Of a stretch of 64,000 bases of DNA, positions 38,806 to 49,200 are shown one piece after another; positions within the stretch are counted from its first letter, which is position 1; every line of letters begins with the position of its first letter. The notes beneath the pieces were generated by a model. It was not told the origin of the DNA. It saw nothing but the letters and a program-made list of their open reading frames with translations, and ran no database searches. Where the stretch lies: the IMG/VR virus record IMGVR_UViG_3300042564_007246; one strand, written 5' to 3'. This DNA is from an uncultured virus (IMG/VR IMGVR_UViG_3300042564_007246) (Duplodnaviria; Heunggongvirae; Uroviricota; Caudoviricetes). The position numbers were made by a program, and so were the translations under genes.

Positions 38806-40016
38806 TTTTCTACCTTATATTCTGGAAAATATTTAACAAATACATCATTACTAATGTCTCTAGATTTGCAAATTCTTTCCCTTATTTCATCATAAAAATT
38901 CCAAGCCAGTGGGACAAAACATATCTTTTCAATATTATTTTGAAGAAGTGCAATAGAGCAGATTTCAATGTCTTGTCCAGGAGTAAGATATCCCCATTTC
39001 ATTTCATTATCATCAATAATATAATCTAACTTATATTCTATATAATTAAGTAAAGTATTACCCTTAGCAGCTGCCCCATAACCAACTAATAAATATCCAG
39101 CATCACGAAACTCTTGTAAGCCTTGCAATAATTTGGATTTTGTTTCCGAAGCTTTGTTTGCAAATGAAAAATATTTTTCAACTGTGTAAGTATTGTTATA
39201 TGACTCAATACCCATCAATTCATCAAGTTCTTTTTCATCACAAGATTCATTTTGTAAAGAAAATAAGAAAGATTTGCTGTGTATGTCAGTTTTGACAATA
39301 CTAGATACATACATCTCATGGTTTCTGGCTAATTTCTTTATTGAACTACCAGTAAAATAAGATGAGTGCTCATGATAAATAACATCAAATTCATTATTCA
39401 AAAACATATCGCATTGAGACGTTTGAATAAATATTTTACCGCCTGGTGCTAAAACATTTTTACATGCCCTGATAAATTCATTAGGATCTGGAACATGAGG
39501 TAAAACATGGAAAGCTAATATTAAATCAAATAGTTTTTCTTTTTGTTTTAACGTATTAGAAAATCTCATACCCCAAAAATCAACAAACACATTTAGATTT
39601 CTTTTTGCTGCTAGTTCATGAATATTTTTGGCAGGATCTACACCTACACACTCAAATCCATCTTTTTGAAAAATTTCAAGAAAAAGACCAGAATTACAGG
39701 CAATTTCTAAAACTCTGCCTGTCTTGAAACCAGATTCATTTACAATATAGTCTTTTGCCCATATGAAATAATCTGTTAATGTTTTCGTAGTATCGGAAAT
39801 ATACAAATAATGCTCAAACATTTCTGATGGCTCTACAGAAACAGATAACTGTGAATGCCAACAATTTAGGCATACTCTCATTCTCAACGGAAATTTCTTT
39901 AGCTGTTCCCCGTGATGGTAAGAATTAGCAAGCGGTTGATCATTGAGGTCAAGATATTCAATTTCTACTGGCTCTTGACAAACTAAACAATATTTATTCT
40001 CTGTATATCCTGACAT
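38802..40016 (-). CDS. NDP-hexose C-methyltransferase (TylC3/TcaB9-like)
   Basis: CLVC...QPLAN...CLNC zinc site, EIACNSG, YHEH..YF, GYGAAAKG, AWNF. Start at 40016 (TAATG overlap). Confidence 0.9.
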   Translation of the reverse strand: MSGYTENKYCLVCQEPVEIEYLDLNDQPLANSYHHGEQLKKFPLRMRVCLNCWHSQLSVSVEPSEMFEHYLYISDTTKTLTDYFIWAKDYIVNESGFKTGRVLEIACNSGLFLEIFQKDGFECVGVDPAKNIHELAAKRNLNVFVDFWGMRFSNTLKQKEKLFDLILAFHVLPHVPDPNEFIRACKNVLAPGGKIFIQTSQCDMFLNNEFDVIYHEHSSYFTGSSIKKLARNHEMYVSSIVKTDIHSKSFLFSLQNESCDEKELDELMGIESYNNTYTVEKYFSFANKASETKSKLLQGLQEFRDAGYLLVGYGAAAKGNTLLNYIEYKLDYIIDDNEMKWGYLTPGQDIEICSIALLQNNIEKICFVPLAWNFYDEIRERICKSRDISNDVFVKYFPEYKVEK

Positions 40017-40906
40017 TAAAAATTTTCTCTCTTTGCCCATTTATTATTTGTAGGGTTTACTAATAATGATTTCACAATATTTTCAATACCATCTTCAAAC
40101 TTAAAATTAAATGTTTCAATAAATTTGTTAGATGATATTTTAAAATCATATGTAAAAGTTTTGCCTTTATCAACAAATTCGGAATCAGTGAGCTCCGCAA
40201 CTTTTTTACCAATATTTGTAACATTTTCATTAAATGACGCTAAGTTGTATATGCCTCTTTTATCTTCGTCAGAACATACAATAGCTTCAACCCCACGACA
40301 TAAATCATTTATAGACAATATAGGTCTGTATACTTGACCATTAAAAACATTTACTTGATTTGTTTTCATTGCAGAAAATGTCATAGAATTAATCATCAAA
40401 TCAAGTCTTGTATTTGGAGACCATCCATTCACACTACCAAACCTTAATCCATAAAATTCAATATCACTCAATGCTGCAAAATGATCAATAGTAGTTTTAG
40501 TAAGTGTTAAACCATCAATTGGATTTAAAGCACTATTTTCAGTTTTCTCATCTTCACCTGATGCAACGTACACACAAGAGCTGGATGCATAAATAAACTT
40601 TTGTTTATTTAATTTCTTCATCAGATTCACAAATTTAATTACATTATTGTTAAATGTGTCATGCAAATCAGAGCATAGTTGTACTGATGAATTAGCAGCA
40701 GTAAGAACTACAACATCAAATGAATCAAGATATTTTTTTGAAAGCAAATCATAGTCTGTTTTGAAATTAGAAAGATTCTCAGTTTCATTGAAGTTTCCAA
40801 AATATTCAAGATCAACAGTATGAACATCAAAATTCAATTTCTTGAAATATAATCTTAGTGCTGAACCAATATAACCACATCCACCAATAAGTAGAATTTT
40901 TTTCAT
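40016..40906 (-). CDS. Extended SDR epimerase/reductase-like protein lacking the catalytic Tyr
   Basis: IGGCGYIG, YASSSCVY, LRFGSV.G.SP..RLDL. The YxxxK position reads LTLTK. Confidence 0.8.
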   Translation of the reverse strand: MKKILLIGGCGYIGSALRLYFKKLNFDVHTVDLEYFGNFNETENLSNFKTDYDLLSKKYLDSFDVVVLTAANSSVQLCSDLHDTFNNNVIKFVNLMKKLNKQKFIYASSSCVYVASGEDEKTENSALNPIDGLTLTKTTIDHFAALSDIEFYGLRFGSVNGWSPNTRLDLMINSMTFSAMKTNQVNVFNGQVYRPILSINDLCRGVEAIVCSDEDKRGIYNLASFNENVTNIGKKVAELTDSEFVDKGKTFTYDFKISSNKFIETFNFKFEDGIENIVKSLLVNPTNNKWAKRENF

Positions 40907-40915
40907 AATATTATA

Positions 40916-41797
40916 TTATATCATAAAACTAAAAGAATTTTTAGTTTTCTTTTTAAGACAAAAATTCAGAGAATATGGTCTTAACGAATTTGTCCGATTG
41001 ATCAAGTCATTATCAAAAAGATAACTTTGATTATTTCCCAGAAATGGATAACTTTGTATTTCAAAATATTCAGAAAATAATTCTTTCCATTGGTCTTTGC
41101 TATTTGTTGAATTATGATAGCCTTCCCATATTCTATCTATGTTGATATCTCCTAAATCTCTTGGATTACCCCAGATACTCTTAGAAATTCCACGATCAAT
41201 ATTTAAAGTAGATTTAGGACCATAGACTTGATTAGATGATATATCATAATAATATTGATTTTTACCATCAGGTGAATCAGGAAAACTTTCATCCGGTGGA
41301 CCATTTTGTTTGTGTAAGTGAAAATGATTTTGACCAAATGGAACATTACCTATTAAAATTGATTCTAAGTGCATAATATTTACTAGTTTTTCAAATAAAT
41401 TGCACAATGAATCTTTACTAAGATGTTCAAAAAATTCTGATGCATGAATTACATCAAATTTAATTGGCAAACCATCTTTTAATATTTCAAATGGATATCT
41501 CAAATCAACATTAAATAAACACTCTTGGTAATGGTCTCTCCAGCAATGTAAATTATTCTTGTATGCAAAATCACTACCTTCTAATCCAACTGCTGTATGC
41601 CCAAGATTATAAAAATCTGTGATAAATTGTCCACCAGCACACCCTAAATCCAATATGTTAATTTTATCTTTATTTATAAATTTTTCTATTTGATGAATTA
41701 ATAAAGGATTAGTATTATTGTCAAAAAATATACCATCAGGAAAAATATGATCCGGTATATCTAGCGCTACTGGATTATCTGTTTTAATTTCAATCAT
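40916..41797 (-). CDS. Class I SAM-dependent methyltransferase
   Basis: ILDLGCAGG...GLEGS...FDVIHASEFFEH; GAGGA RBS. Confidence 0.85.
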   Translation of the reverse strand: MIEIKTDNPVALDIPDHIFPDGIFFDNNTNPLLIHQIEKFINKDKINILDLGCAGGQFITDFYNLGHTAVGLEGSDFAYKNNLHCWRDHYQECLFNVDLRYPFEILKDGLPIKFDVIHASEFFEHLSKDSLCNLFEKLVNIMHLESILIGNVPFGQNHFHLHKQNGPPDESFPDSPDGKNQYYYDISSNQVYGPKSTLNIDRGISKSIWGNPRDLGDINIDRIWEGYHNSTNSKDQWKELFSEYFEIQSYPFLGNNQSYLFDNDLINRTNSLRPYSLNFCLKKKTKNSFSFMI

Positions 41798-41815
41798 TGA
41801 TATTCCTCATAACCA

Positions 41816-41825
41816 ATTGTACAAT
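41816..41825. promoter_or_regulatory. Palindromic bidirectional -10 element ATTGTACAAT
   Basis: Reads TGTACAAT on both strands in the 34-bp gap between divergent genes. Confidence 0.55.
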
Positions 41826-41831
41826 ATATCT

Positions 41832-42809
41832 ATGATTACAAGCAAAACTCCATATAGAATAAGTTTTTTTGGTGGCGGAAGTGACTTGGAATCTTATTAT
41901 GAAAAAAATACTGGATATGTAATTTCTACATCAATAGACAAGTATATATATCTTAGTATTAATAAAAAATACGAAAAATCAATACGTGTAAATTATTCAA
42001 AAACTGAAAATGTTAATAATGTAAGTGAAATTAAACACGATATTGTTAGAGAAGTATTGAAATATTTTGAGTTAACAAGTTATTTGGATATTACTTGTGT
42101 GGGAGAACTTCCATCCAACGGTACTGGACTTGGTTCGTCAAGTGCATTTACTGTTGGTTTGATCAGTGCATTAAATAAATATTTAAGATTGAAACTATCT
42201 ACTCATGAAATTGCTAATTTAGCATGCCATGTTGAAATAGAAATATTGGGAAAATGCATAGGTAAGCAAGATCAATATGCTTCAGCATTTGGTGGGTTTA
42301 ATGAAATAATATTTGAAAAAGATGGAAATGTTCTTGTCAATCCATTGAATGTTTCAAAAGACTTAATTGCCCATTTACAAAACAATCTTTTGCTTCTTGA
42401 CACAAAAAATCCAAGAAATGCAGAAGATATTTTAGTTAAACAATCTGATAACATTAAAAAAAGTTCAAATGTATCTGACAATCTTTCGAAAATGATTGAT
42501 TTAGCAAAAAATTTCAAAGATATGTTGCAGAAAAATGATATAGACAATGTTGGTTATTTATTGCATGAATCATGGATCTTGAAAAAGAATCTTAGTGATT
42601 CTATAAGTAGTAATCATATTGATCAGATGTATGACTTTTGTATGAGCCTTGGAGCAGAAGGTGGAAAATTATTAGGAGCTGGTGGCGGTGGATTTCTATT
42701 AATTTATGCTAAGCCTGATATAAAAAAGAAAATTAAAAATTTCTTTTCAGATTACAATCCATCAGATATCAAAATAAATACAAATGGCACTATTGCTAAA
42801 TATATATAG
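41832..42809 (+). CDS. hddA: GHMP-family sugar kinase (heptose-7-phosphate kinase HddA-like)
   Basis: TPYRISFFGGGSD, P.NGTGLGSSS, GKQDQY, GGKLLGAGGGGF. Start moved to ATG 41832. Confidence 0.85.
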   Translation: MITSKTPYRISFFGGGSDLESYYEKNTGYVISTSIDKYIYLSINKKYEKSIRVNYSKTENVNNVSEIKHDIVREVLKYFELTSYLDITCVGELPSNGTGLGSSSAFTVGLISALNKYLRLKLSTHEIANLACHVEIEILGKCIGKQDQYASAFGGFNEIIFEKDGNVLVNPLNVSKDLIAHLQNNLLLLDTKNPRNAEDILVKQSDNIKKSSNVSDNLSKMIDLAKNFKDMLQKNDIDNVGYLLHESWILKKNLSDSISSNHIDQMYDFCMSLGAEGGKLLGAGGGGFLLIYAKPDIKKKIKNFFSDYNPSDIKINTNGTIAKYI

Positions 42810-42814
42810 TTAAA

Positions 42815-42846
42815 AAAATAAGGGGAGAAAAATCTCCCCTTATTTT
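42815..42846. terminator. Bidirectional intrinsic terminator between the kinase and capsid genes
   Basis: AAAATAAGGGGAGA-aaaa-TCTCCCCTTATTTT, a 14-bp perfect inverted repeat between convergent genes. Confidence 0.85.
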
Positions 42847-42861
42847 ATATAGTGTCAGTAA

Positions 42862-43716
42862 TTAGCTGACGGTGATTCTGGAAACTGCGTAATCGTTGAT
42901 TAATGCAAATCCGAGTTCTTCGTAAACAACCCATCCAAGTCTGAGTCTCTTTGGATCGTCAGCTGGGAGGACAGTGATGTCTTGGCGAACTGGGAGAGCA
43001 CCAACGAATTGTGCAGGTGCGAGAACGTATACAGAGTTCTTAGGAACCATTGTGGAAACGTGGATGTCTGCGGAATAAATATGTCCGTAGAGACCAGTCA
43101 TAAGAACGTCTCTTTGAGTTGCCTCATCGAAGAATTCCTTACCCCAGTTTCTGATATCCTTGTATCTTTGTGGGTGAAGAACAACCTTAGCACCAATGAG
43201 TTCGTGCTCTTCGATGAGAGTCAACGCAAGGTTGATGTTCTCTGGTTGAAGAGTACCGGAAACAGTGATAGCTTGGTCAGTTGGAACACCAGCATTGACA
43301 ACCTTGAAGACTTCTGTATCTTCTTGTCTTTGGAGGGAATCCTTTGCGCGAACCTGTGCTCTATCGACAATGTAAAATCTTCTTTGGCGAATTTCGTTAA
43401 GTCTGATTTGTGGATGTGCAGCAAGTTCAATTGTTGGGACAAGGAGCTCTTCAGCTTCAACTTCAGCAGAAGGAACAGCGCCTCTCTTAGGAATAACATA
43501 GGACTTTACAGCTACATCTCTCTCATATCTTGCAAGAGCGCCTTGTGGGAGCTCATCAACCATGAGAAGTTTTCTACCGATAGCTTGGTACATAAGGGAA
43601 GTCTTGATTGGCTCAACCATAGCTTGAGCTAATGCTGTGCGTCCCTCAGGAGTTTCGAGAGCCATCGCAATGATAGCTTCTCTCTGCTCGTTTGTATTTC
43701 TTTTGATCATTGACAT
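42862..43716 (-). CDS. Major capsid protein, compact HK97 fold
   Basis: AGGAG RBS, visibly biased codons (ATC/TTC/AAC/TAC), last gene of the head operon before a strong terminator. GRKLLMVDELPQG...VPTIEL...IVDRAQ...QED...GWVVYEELG pattern. Confidence 0.85.
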   Translation of the reverse strand: MSMIKRNTNEQREAIIAMALETPEGRTALAQAMVEPIKTSLMYQAIGRKLLMVDELPQGALARYERDVAVKSYVIPKRGAVPSAEVEAEELLVPTIELAAHPQIRLNEIRQRRFYIVDRAQVRAKDSLQRQEDTEVFKVVNAGVPTDQAITVSGTLQPENINLALTLIEEHELIGAKVVLHPQRYKDIRNWGKEFFDEATQRDVLMTGLYGHIYSADIHVSTMVPKNSVYVLAPAQFVGALPVRQDITVLPADDPKRLRLGWVVYEELGFALINDYAVSRITVS

Positions 43717-43745
43717 TTTATTTTTCTCCTAATATCTTCCTAAAA

Positions 43746-44423
43746 TTAGAGTGCACTTAACTGGGTGAAGTAAAGAAGACCAGTTGCGGAATCGTAACTG
43801 TCAACTCTACCTACAACGAAGCCGTGTGAGGAACCAGTACCGGAAAGAAGACCAGTCATACCAATCTTGGTAACTTTTCCAGATGAACCTACAGCAGCAG
43901 CAACAGTTAAGAGATCACCGATTGCAGGTGTCCATGCTGAACCAGCTGTATCATCAGCAGTAGCAGAAGTTGTTGCAAAACCAATAAATCTGTCAGTAAT
44001 GAACTGACCACCTGGGGTGTTGAATGCAGCAACGCCTCTTCTAGGACCTTCAAAACCAGTTGAACCAGCTGTTGGGTTAGTAACAGTATTGACGTTCTCA
44101 GCTAAGAAGTCAGCAATTGCTCTCTTTGCAACGACATAGAATGCGTTGTTGTTAGCAACAAAGTTGCCAGATGAGTCGGTGTAAGATGCACCAACTGGAT
44201 CAGCCAAGATCATGGTGTTACCAGATCTAGCTGTATCGTCAGCTGAGAAACCAACGAATCTACCTAATTGAAGGGAGTTGTTGTTGAAGTCAGATCTGTT
44301 TCTATAAGCTGGAACTACCTTGCCGTTAGCTTCAATCATTAAAGCGTCACCAGCAAAGATAACAGCACCAGCGAGTGTGTCATAGTTTGCAACAATTGCA
44401 GAATTTAATGCACGAATAGCCAT
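43746..44423 (-). CDS. Head decoration/cement protein (putative)
   Basis: G/A/T/S-rich 225 aa directly before the MCP, AGGAG RBS. AGD...G...GD.L...G.V pattern typical of decoration proteins. Confidence 0.6.
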   Translation of the reverse strand: MAIRALNSAIVANYDTLAGAVIFAGDALMIEANGKVVPAYRNRSDFNNNSLQLGRFVGFSADDTARSGNTMILADPVGASYTDSSGNFVANNNAFYVVAKRAIADFLAENVNTVTNPTAGSTGFEGPRRGVAAFNTPGGQFITDRFIGFATTSATADDTAGSAWTPAIGDLLTVAAAVGSSGKVTKIGMTGLLSGTGSSHGFVVGRVDSYDSATGLLYFTQLSAL

Positions 44424-44453
44424 TTTTTATTCTCCTAAATTTGTGTTTGAGGA

Positions 44454-46133
44454 CTAATCCTCGATTTGTGGCATTGACCAAGTGCCTCTAAGGGCAGATT
44501 GGATGTCGAGAGCTGCATTATTGACATTGCTGCCACTAAATGCAGGGGTTGTAGAAATACCAAGTGTAGATGCTGTTCTGGTATTACTCATTCTCTCAGC
44601 AGCTGCAGCAGCAACTCTTTCAGAAGATGCTTGTGCAGATTTGAGTAGAAGTTTGGTTTGTCTGATCATAGCGTCAGCCTTAAGGTTGTCGTTTAACATT
44701 TGATCAGCATATGCATCAACTTCAGATGTTTCAATGATTCCAGCTAATGCTAGTTTACTTGAACATGAATAAGCTGCTTTAATTCTGGCTTTTTCAAGAT
44801 CAGAAGAAGATGTCATCAACTTGACCTGATCACCAGGAGTTTGCTTGACTGTGACAGTTGCAGCATCCTTATCAGAATAGGTGCCCTTATTCATCATTTC
44901 AGAATAGTTGTCTTTTTCCATCTTTGCGCAGTTTGAACATTCAGTTTTTTCATCATGCATTTCAGCATCTGTCATTGATGTTTCATATCCACATGTTGTA
45001 CACTTGACTGCATGTCTTTGTGCTTGAGCAACAGTGGTCTTATGTGGCATTGATGGCATTTGAGTAGGAACCTCAAAATACTTTGCATCAAGTCCTTCTG
45101 ATGGATTCTCTAATGAATCCCAATCCACTGTATACTCTAAAGAGCCATCGCCTGAACCTTCGAACTTGCTAGGCTTAGTGATATCTGGGAATTGTAAAGA
45201 ATCAGGGATGTTTGTAGGAACTTTTTGGTCAGCAAATGAAGGGTTCTGTTCCTTGAGAGAATTCCCATCACTTCCTTCTAATGTCATAGAAGGATATTCT
45301 ACTTCACCTGGCATGTTTACCATGTCTTCGTTGTACTTGAATCCTGCTGACGCTGGATATTGCTCTTCCTCTGAAGCAATCTTCTTAAGAATAGCCTCTC
45401 TCTCAGCACGTCTAGCAGCTAATGCTTGTTTAGTCATTTTGTTCACTCCATTACTTGTGTGCATTTTAGGCTCGGAATCTAATTCCATTTCATCTTCATC
45501 AATGTCCATGTCGTCTTCTGAATCCATATCTGAATCCATATCGTCTGAATCAGTATCCATGTCAGAATCATCTTCCATGTCCTCATCATCAAGATCAACG
45601 TCCATGTCCATATCATCTTCTCCGCCTAGAAGATTGTCGAGCGCTTTCTGCACTGCTTTCTGTGCAACGTCAACCATATCAGCGGGAACTTCTATTTCAA
45701 ACGTAGCCATCTCTTCAACATCGTCTACTTCGTCTTCGTCATCATTTAAATCGTCTTCTAAATCATCTTCATCATCTTCGATGTCTTCGTCCATGTCTTC
45801 CATGTCTTCGTCATCTTCAAATTGATGCATTTCAATTTCTTCATCTTCTGTTTCATCGTTTGCGAAGTCTGCAGTCTCTTCTGCCCCACCGTCAAGATTG
45901 ATCATTTTATTGACATGCATTTCGTCCATGCCTGCTTCTCTGGCAACTGACGGTAAATATTTAGCTCTTATTGCATTAGCGACAATGGCAGCTTCATCTT
46001 TGTTTAAAGATGCAGTTTTTACCATGTCATTGACACATGAGTTAAAATCTTCCTTGTCAGTAACTTGAAGTTCAGCAAGACGAAGCGCAGCTAATCTTTG
46101 TTGGTGATCGGCATTCGTCATATTTTCTTTCAT
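44454..46133 (-). CDS. Scaffold-like acidic head protein with Asp/Glu/Met low-complexity tracts and a Zn ribbon
   Basis: Lies between protease and decoration/MCP genes; D/E/M tracts; CTTC...CSNC. Confidence 0.6.
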   Translation of the reverse strand: MKENMTNADHQQRLAALRLAELQVTDKEDFNSCVNDMVKTASLNKDEAAIVANAIRAKYLPSVAREAGMDEMHVNKMINLDGGAEETADFANDETEDEEIEMHQFEDDEDMEDMDEDIEDDEDDLEDDLNDDEDEVDDVEEMATFEIEVPADMVDVAQKAVQKALDNLLGGEDDMDMDVDLDDEDMEDDSDMDTDSDDMDSDMDSEDDMDIDEDEMELDSEPKMHTSNGVNKMTKQALAARRAEREAILKKIASEEEQYPASAGFKYNEDMVNMPGEVEYPSMTLEGSDGNSLKEQNPSFADQKVPTNIPDSLQFPDITKPSKFEGSGDGSLEYTVDWDSLENPSEGLDAKYFEVPTQMPSMPHKTTVAQAQRHAVKCTTCGYETSMTDAEMHDEKTECSNCAKMEKDNYSEMMNKGTYSDKDAATVTVKQTPGDQVKLMTSSSDLEKARIKAAYSCSSKLALAGIIETSEVDAYADQMLNDNLKADAMIRQTKLLLKSAQASSERVAAAAAERMSNTRTASTLGISTTPAFSGSNVNNAALDIQSALRGTWSMPQIED

Positions 46134-46194
46134 TTTCTGCTGCTTCCCTTAATTAAAATACAAAATCTTGTATTACAAGAAACTGTTATTTTTC

Positions 46195-46219
46195 TTCTAT
46201 TTTTAAATAGTTTTTACCT
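46195..46219 (-). promoter_or_regulatory. Putative late promoter AGGT-N16-TAGAA
   Basis: CAGGTAAAAAC...TAGAA, near-identical to 50485..50509, immediately after a terminator. Confidence 0.6.
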
Positions 46220-46222
46220 GCA

Positions 46223-46254
46223 AAATAGAGGAAGAATGGCTTCTTCCTCTATTT
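46223..46254 (-). terminator. Intrinsic terminator after the protease polyprotein gene
   Basis: AAATAGAGGAAGAA-tggc-TTCTTCCTCTATTT, a 14-bp inverted repeat. Confidence 0.75.
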
Positions 46255-46262
46255 GTACATAT

Positions 46263-49200
46263 TTAGTCAATCCAAGTGATATTTACATCAAGTTTTGATG
46301 GATTCTTCTTGTTTTGGCTTACAACTGTTTTTGAGTAGTTTCCACAATCATAACAGAATGTATTATTTTTAACCTTATGTGCTTCTCTATTTCCACACTT
46401 AGGGCAAATCATACCAATTGGTAATCTTTTTTCGGTTGTTTTATCAAAATCTGGCATTGCTGTTCTAAGATAAACATCGGAATCAACTGTAGCAGCCAAT
46501 CTGTACATAGCTTTGTATGATGCCATTGGCGCCATAGCACCAGGAGCTCCCATAGGTGGAGCAGGAGGAACTTCAGTTGGTGCAGTTGCAGCACCTAATC
46601 CCATGTCTTCTCCCATGCCTAAATCAGGTAACTCTTCTGCGCCTTTTCCATTGCTTCCCATTGAGACAAGTTCAATCGATTGAAGAACCTTGTATGTGGT
46701 ACCACATGCTTGGCAATCTGCATTTGATTCAGAAATGTTTACATCATCAGAGCCACAAACTGGACAAACTGAACCCCAAGGCTTGATTGCACCAGGCTCA
46801 GAGATTTGATCATTAGGATCAGATGCATTCATCTCATCCCCACCAGTCATAGCACTGATACCTAAATCTCCACCTGGAACAGCAGATGCATCTGGTGCAG
46901 GTTGACCAAGATTAGGATCTACAGGACCTGCAGGAGGAGCTGCCGGTGTCATGCCCGGAACTTGTGCATATTTGAGAAGAATTTGATTTCTCTTAGCTTC
47001 TCTTGATGCTTTGGCAGATGCTGTCATAACAACAACTGGTTCTTCAGTAATCTCGCCAACTGACTCATGTCCAGCATCATGTTCGGACATCATGGAATCA
47101 GAACCATTTGAAACATCAAATGATTTTGTTGATCTTGTTGAAACAGTAGCAGTTACGTCACCATTAGCAGTGACAATCAAATCTGTGAATGAGAAAGTAT
47201 TTGGATCTACTGTAAAACCATGCTCTTGAAGTACAGATATAGCCTTTTGCTTGAATGTTTCTTCAAATGCATCATCAGAAGGATTAACGCCCTCTAAATC
47301 ATCTTTTGTGCATACAAATCTCAAGCATTCAGATTTATCTTGAGTTACTTGAATACCAGCAGTTCTTTCTGAGGATCTTTTGATTTGAATTGCCTTAGTT
47401 AGTAATTTCTCAGCCAAATCATAATCTTCAACAAGTCTCTTAGCAGCTACAACAATTGATTTTGTAGGAATGTCAAAGTTAGTTGAATAATCAGCGAGCC
47501 AACCAATAACATTGTTGTCAATATTGTCAGCAGATGCAGTTCTTACTCCCCAGAAATCTCTTCTTTCTCTGGATCTAAGTCTAGCATCGGTGGAAGATGC
47601 TGTTTTAGCTCTGGTGATAGCAGCAATCATTTGTTTTTCTGGCATTGATTGCATACTGTCGATAACTTCACTAGGTGTAGTTCCAGTTTCTTCACTTGCC
47701 ATAGCGCCTGCAGAAATGACAGACTTTATTGCTTCTTTGGATGGTAACTTTTCATCTTTATCAACAGCTGATTGAAGAGCAGATTTTAATTCTTCTGTTT
47801 TAGAAGAAGGAGCTTCAACATCTAAGCCTTCAGAAGGTACGCTAACGTCCATCATTAATGAACCAATAATGTTCATAATGCCTTCTTTGGTAATTGCGCT
47901 ATCTTCTGCTACTACTGCGATTGCATCCGCCAAGTCTTTAGCAGTGATAGTTGATGTTACTGCATCACCAAGTTGCTTGAGAATAGCAGCAACTGAATTA
48001 TCAGGTTCTACATCTTTGCTGAAGAAGTCAGCATTATCAGCTTCATCTGCTCTCATTTCACTTCCTGCAGCAGAGGTGCCAATCATTTCAGGCAACATTG
48101 GTTCTTCTGCAAGCATTTGTGCAACTTTGATGATTTTGTCAGGAGTTTCCATTGCAGAAACAACAGATCTACCAAGTGCATTAATTGTTGCAGACATAAT
48201 TTCATGAGCAGATGCAGAACCTTCAGTTCTACTTTCAGAAAGTCTCTTTTCAATTACTTCTGTAGGAACGCCTTTAGCAACTTCAGCAACTAATTCTGTA
48301 AGAGTTTTCATAACTTCAGAATCTTTTACTCTATGTGCATAAAGTCCAGCTTCACCTAGTAAAATTTCTTTTACATCTTCAGCGCCTTTACCAGTTTGTT
48401 TGGATTCAAGTAATTCTTCTCTTACTTTATTCATAACACCAGTATTTTTGCTTTTGACACCATCTTGAAGATTGTCGTAAGTTTCACCAGTTCTTACTTC
48501 TTCAAGTTGCTCTTGTCTTGATTCAAGTCTTTCTTTGACATCAAGCAATGCAGTTCTTACAAAACCAGAATATTGATTTAATAATTCTGCAGCAACTTTA
48601 GTACCTTGACCATTCTCCATCATGTTAAGTTGAGATTCAGTCAAAATAGGCTCCCAGCTATTTCTCTTGCCGTTGGTAAATCCTGTGATGGAACCATCTG
48701 TAGAGAGAACAACTTTATTTCCTGCAGCATCTTCGACTTTAAAATCGATAGTTACAGCAGCAGCAAGCTTTTTTCTTTGTTCTGATGCGATTTTTGCAAA
48801 ATGATCCATTTCGTTTCTGCCCTCCGCCCCATTATTTTTTGGCGTGTTATTTTTGATATTTTTGTTTCGTTCATTAGCTACTCTAATGACTGATTCAATA
48901 CTGCTTTGAACATCTCTTGAATATCCAATAGAATTCTTAAGTTCTAAAAGACTTTGTGAAAATGACAAAACTTTATTTGTTTTCTCAGGTGTTTTATACC
49001 CATTACTTGCAAACACTTCTCTAGAACCATCATTTGATGCCCATACAAAATGAAGATCAGATGATGCTAGTGCTACACCGCCACCTACAGGAGATGTTTC
49101 TTGCGGTAAAGATAAATCCATTACTCTTCCAACATTTCCCATTGGAGAATAATTAGCAAGACCTACAGGCGCTGCAGCTTGTGGAGCTTGTTGAACTGCT

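Noticed and set aside
42982..43632. 216-aa ORF antisense to the capsid gene
   Set aside because: Explained by the strong codon bias of the MCP; no motif or RBS.
45166..45825. Ser-rich 219-aa + strand ORF and apparent (TCA/TCG/TCT)n repeats
   Set aside because: Mirror of the GAT/GAC/GAA codons in the acidic scaffold tract. Not a CRISPR array or a separate gene.
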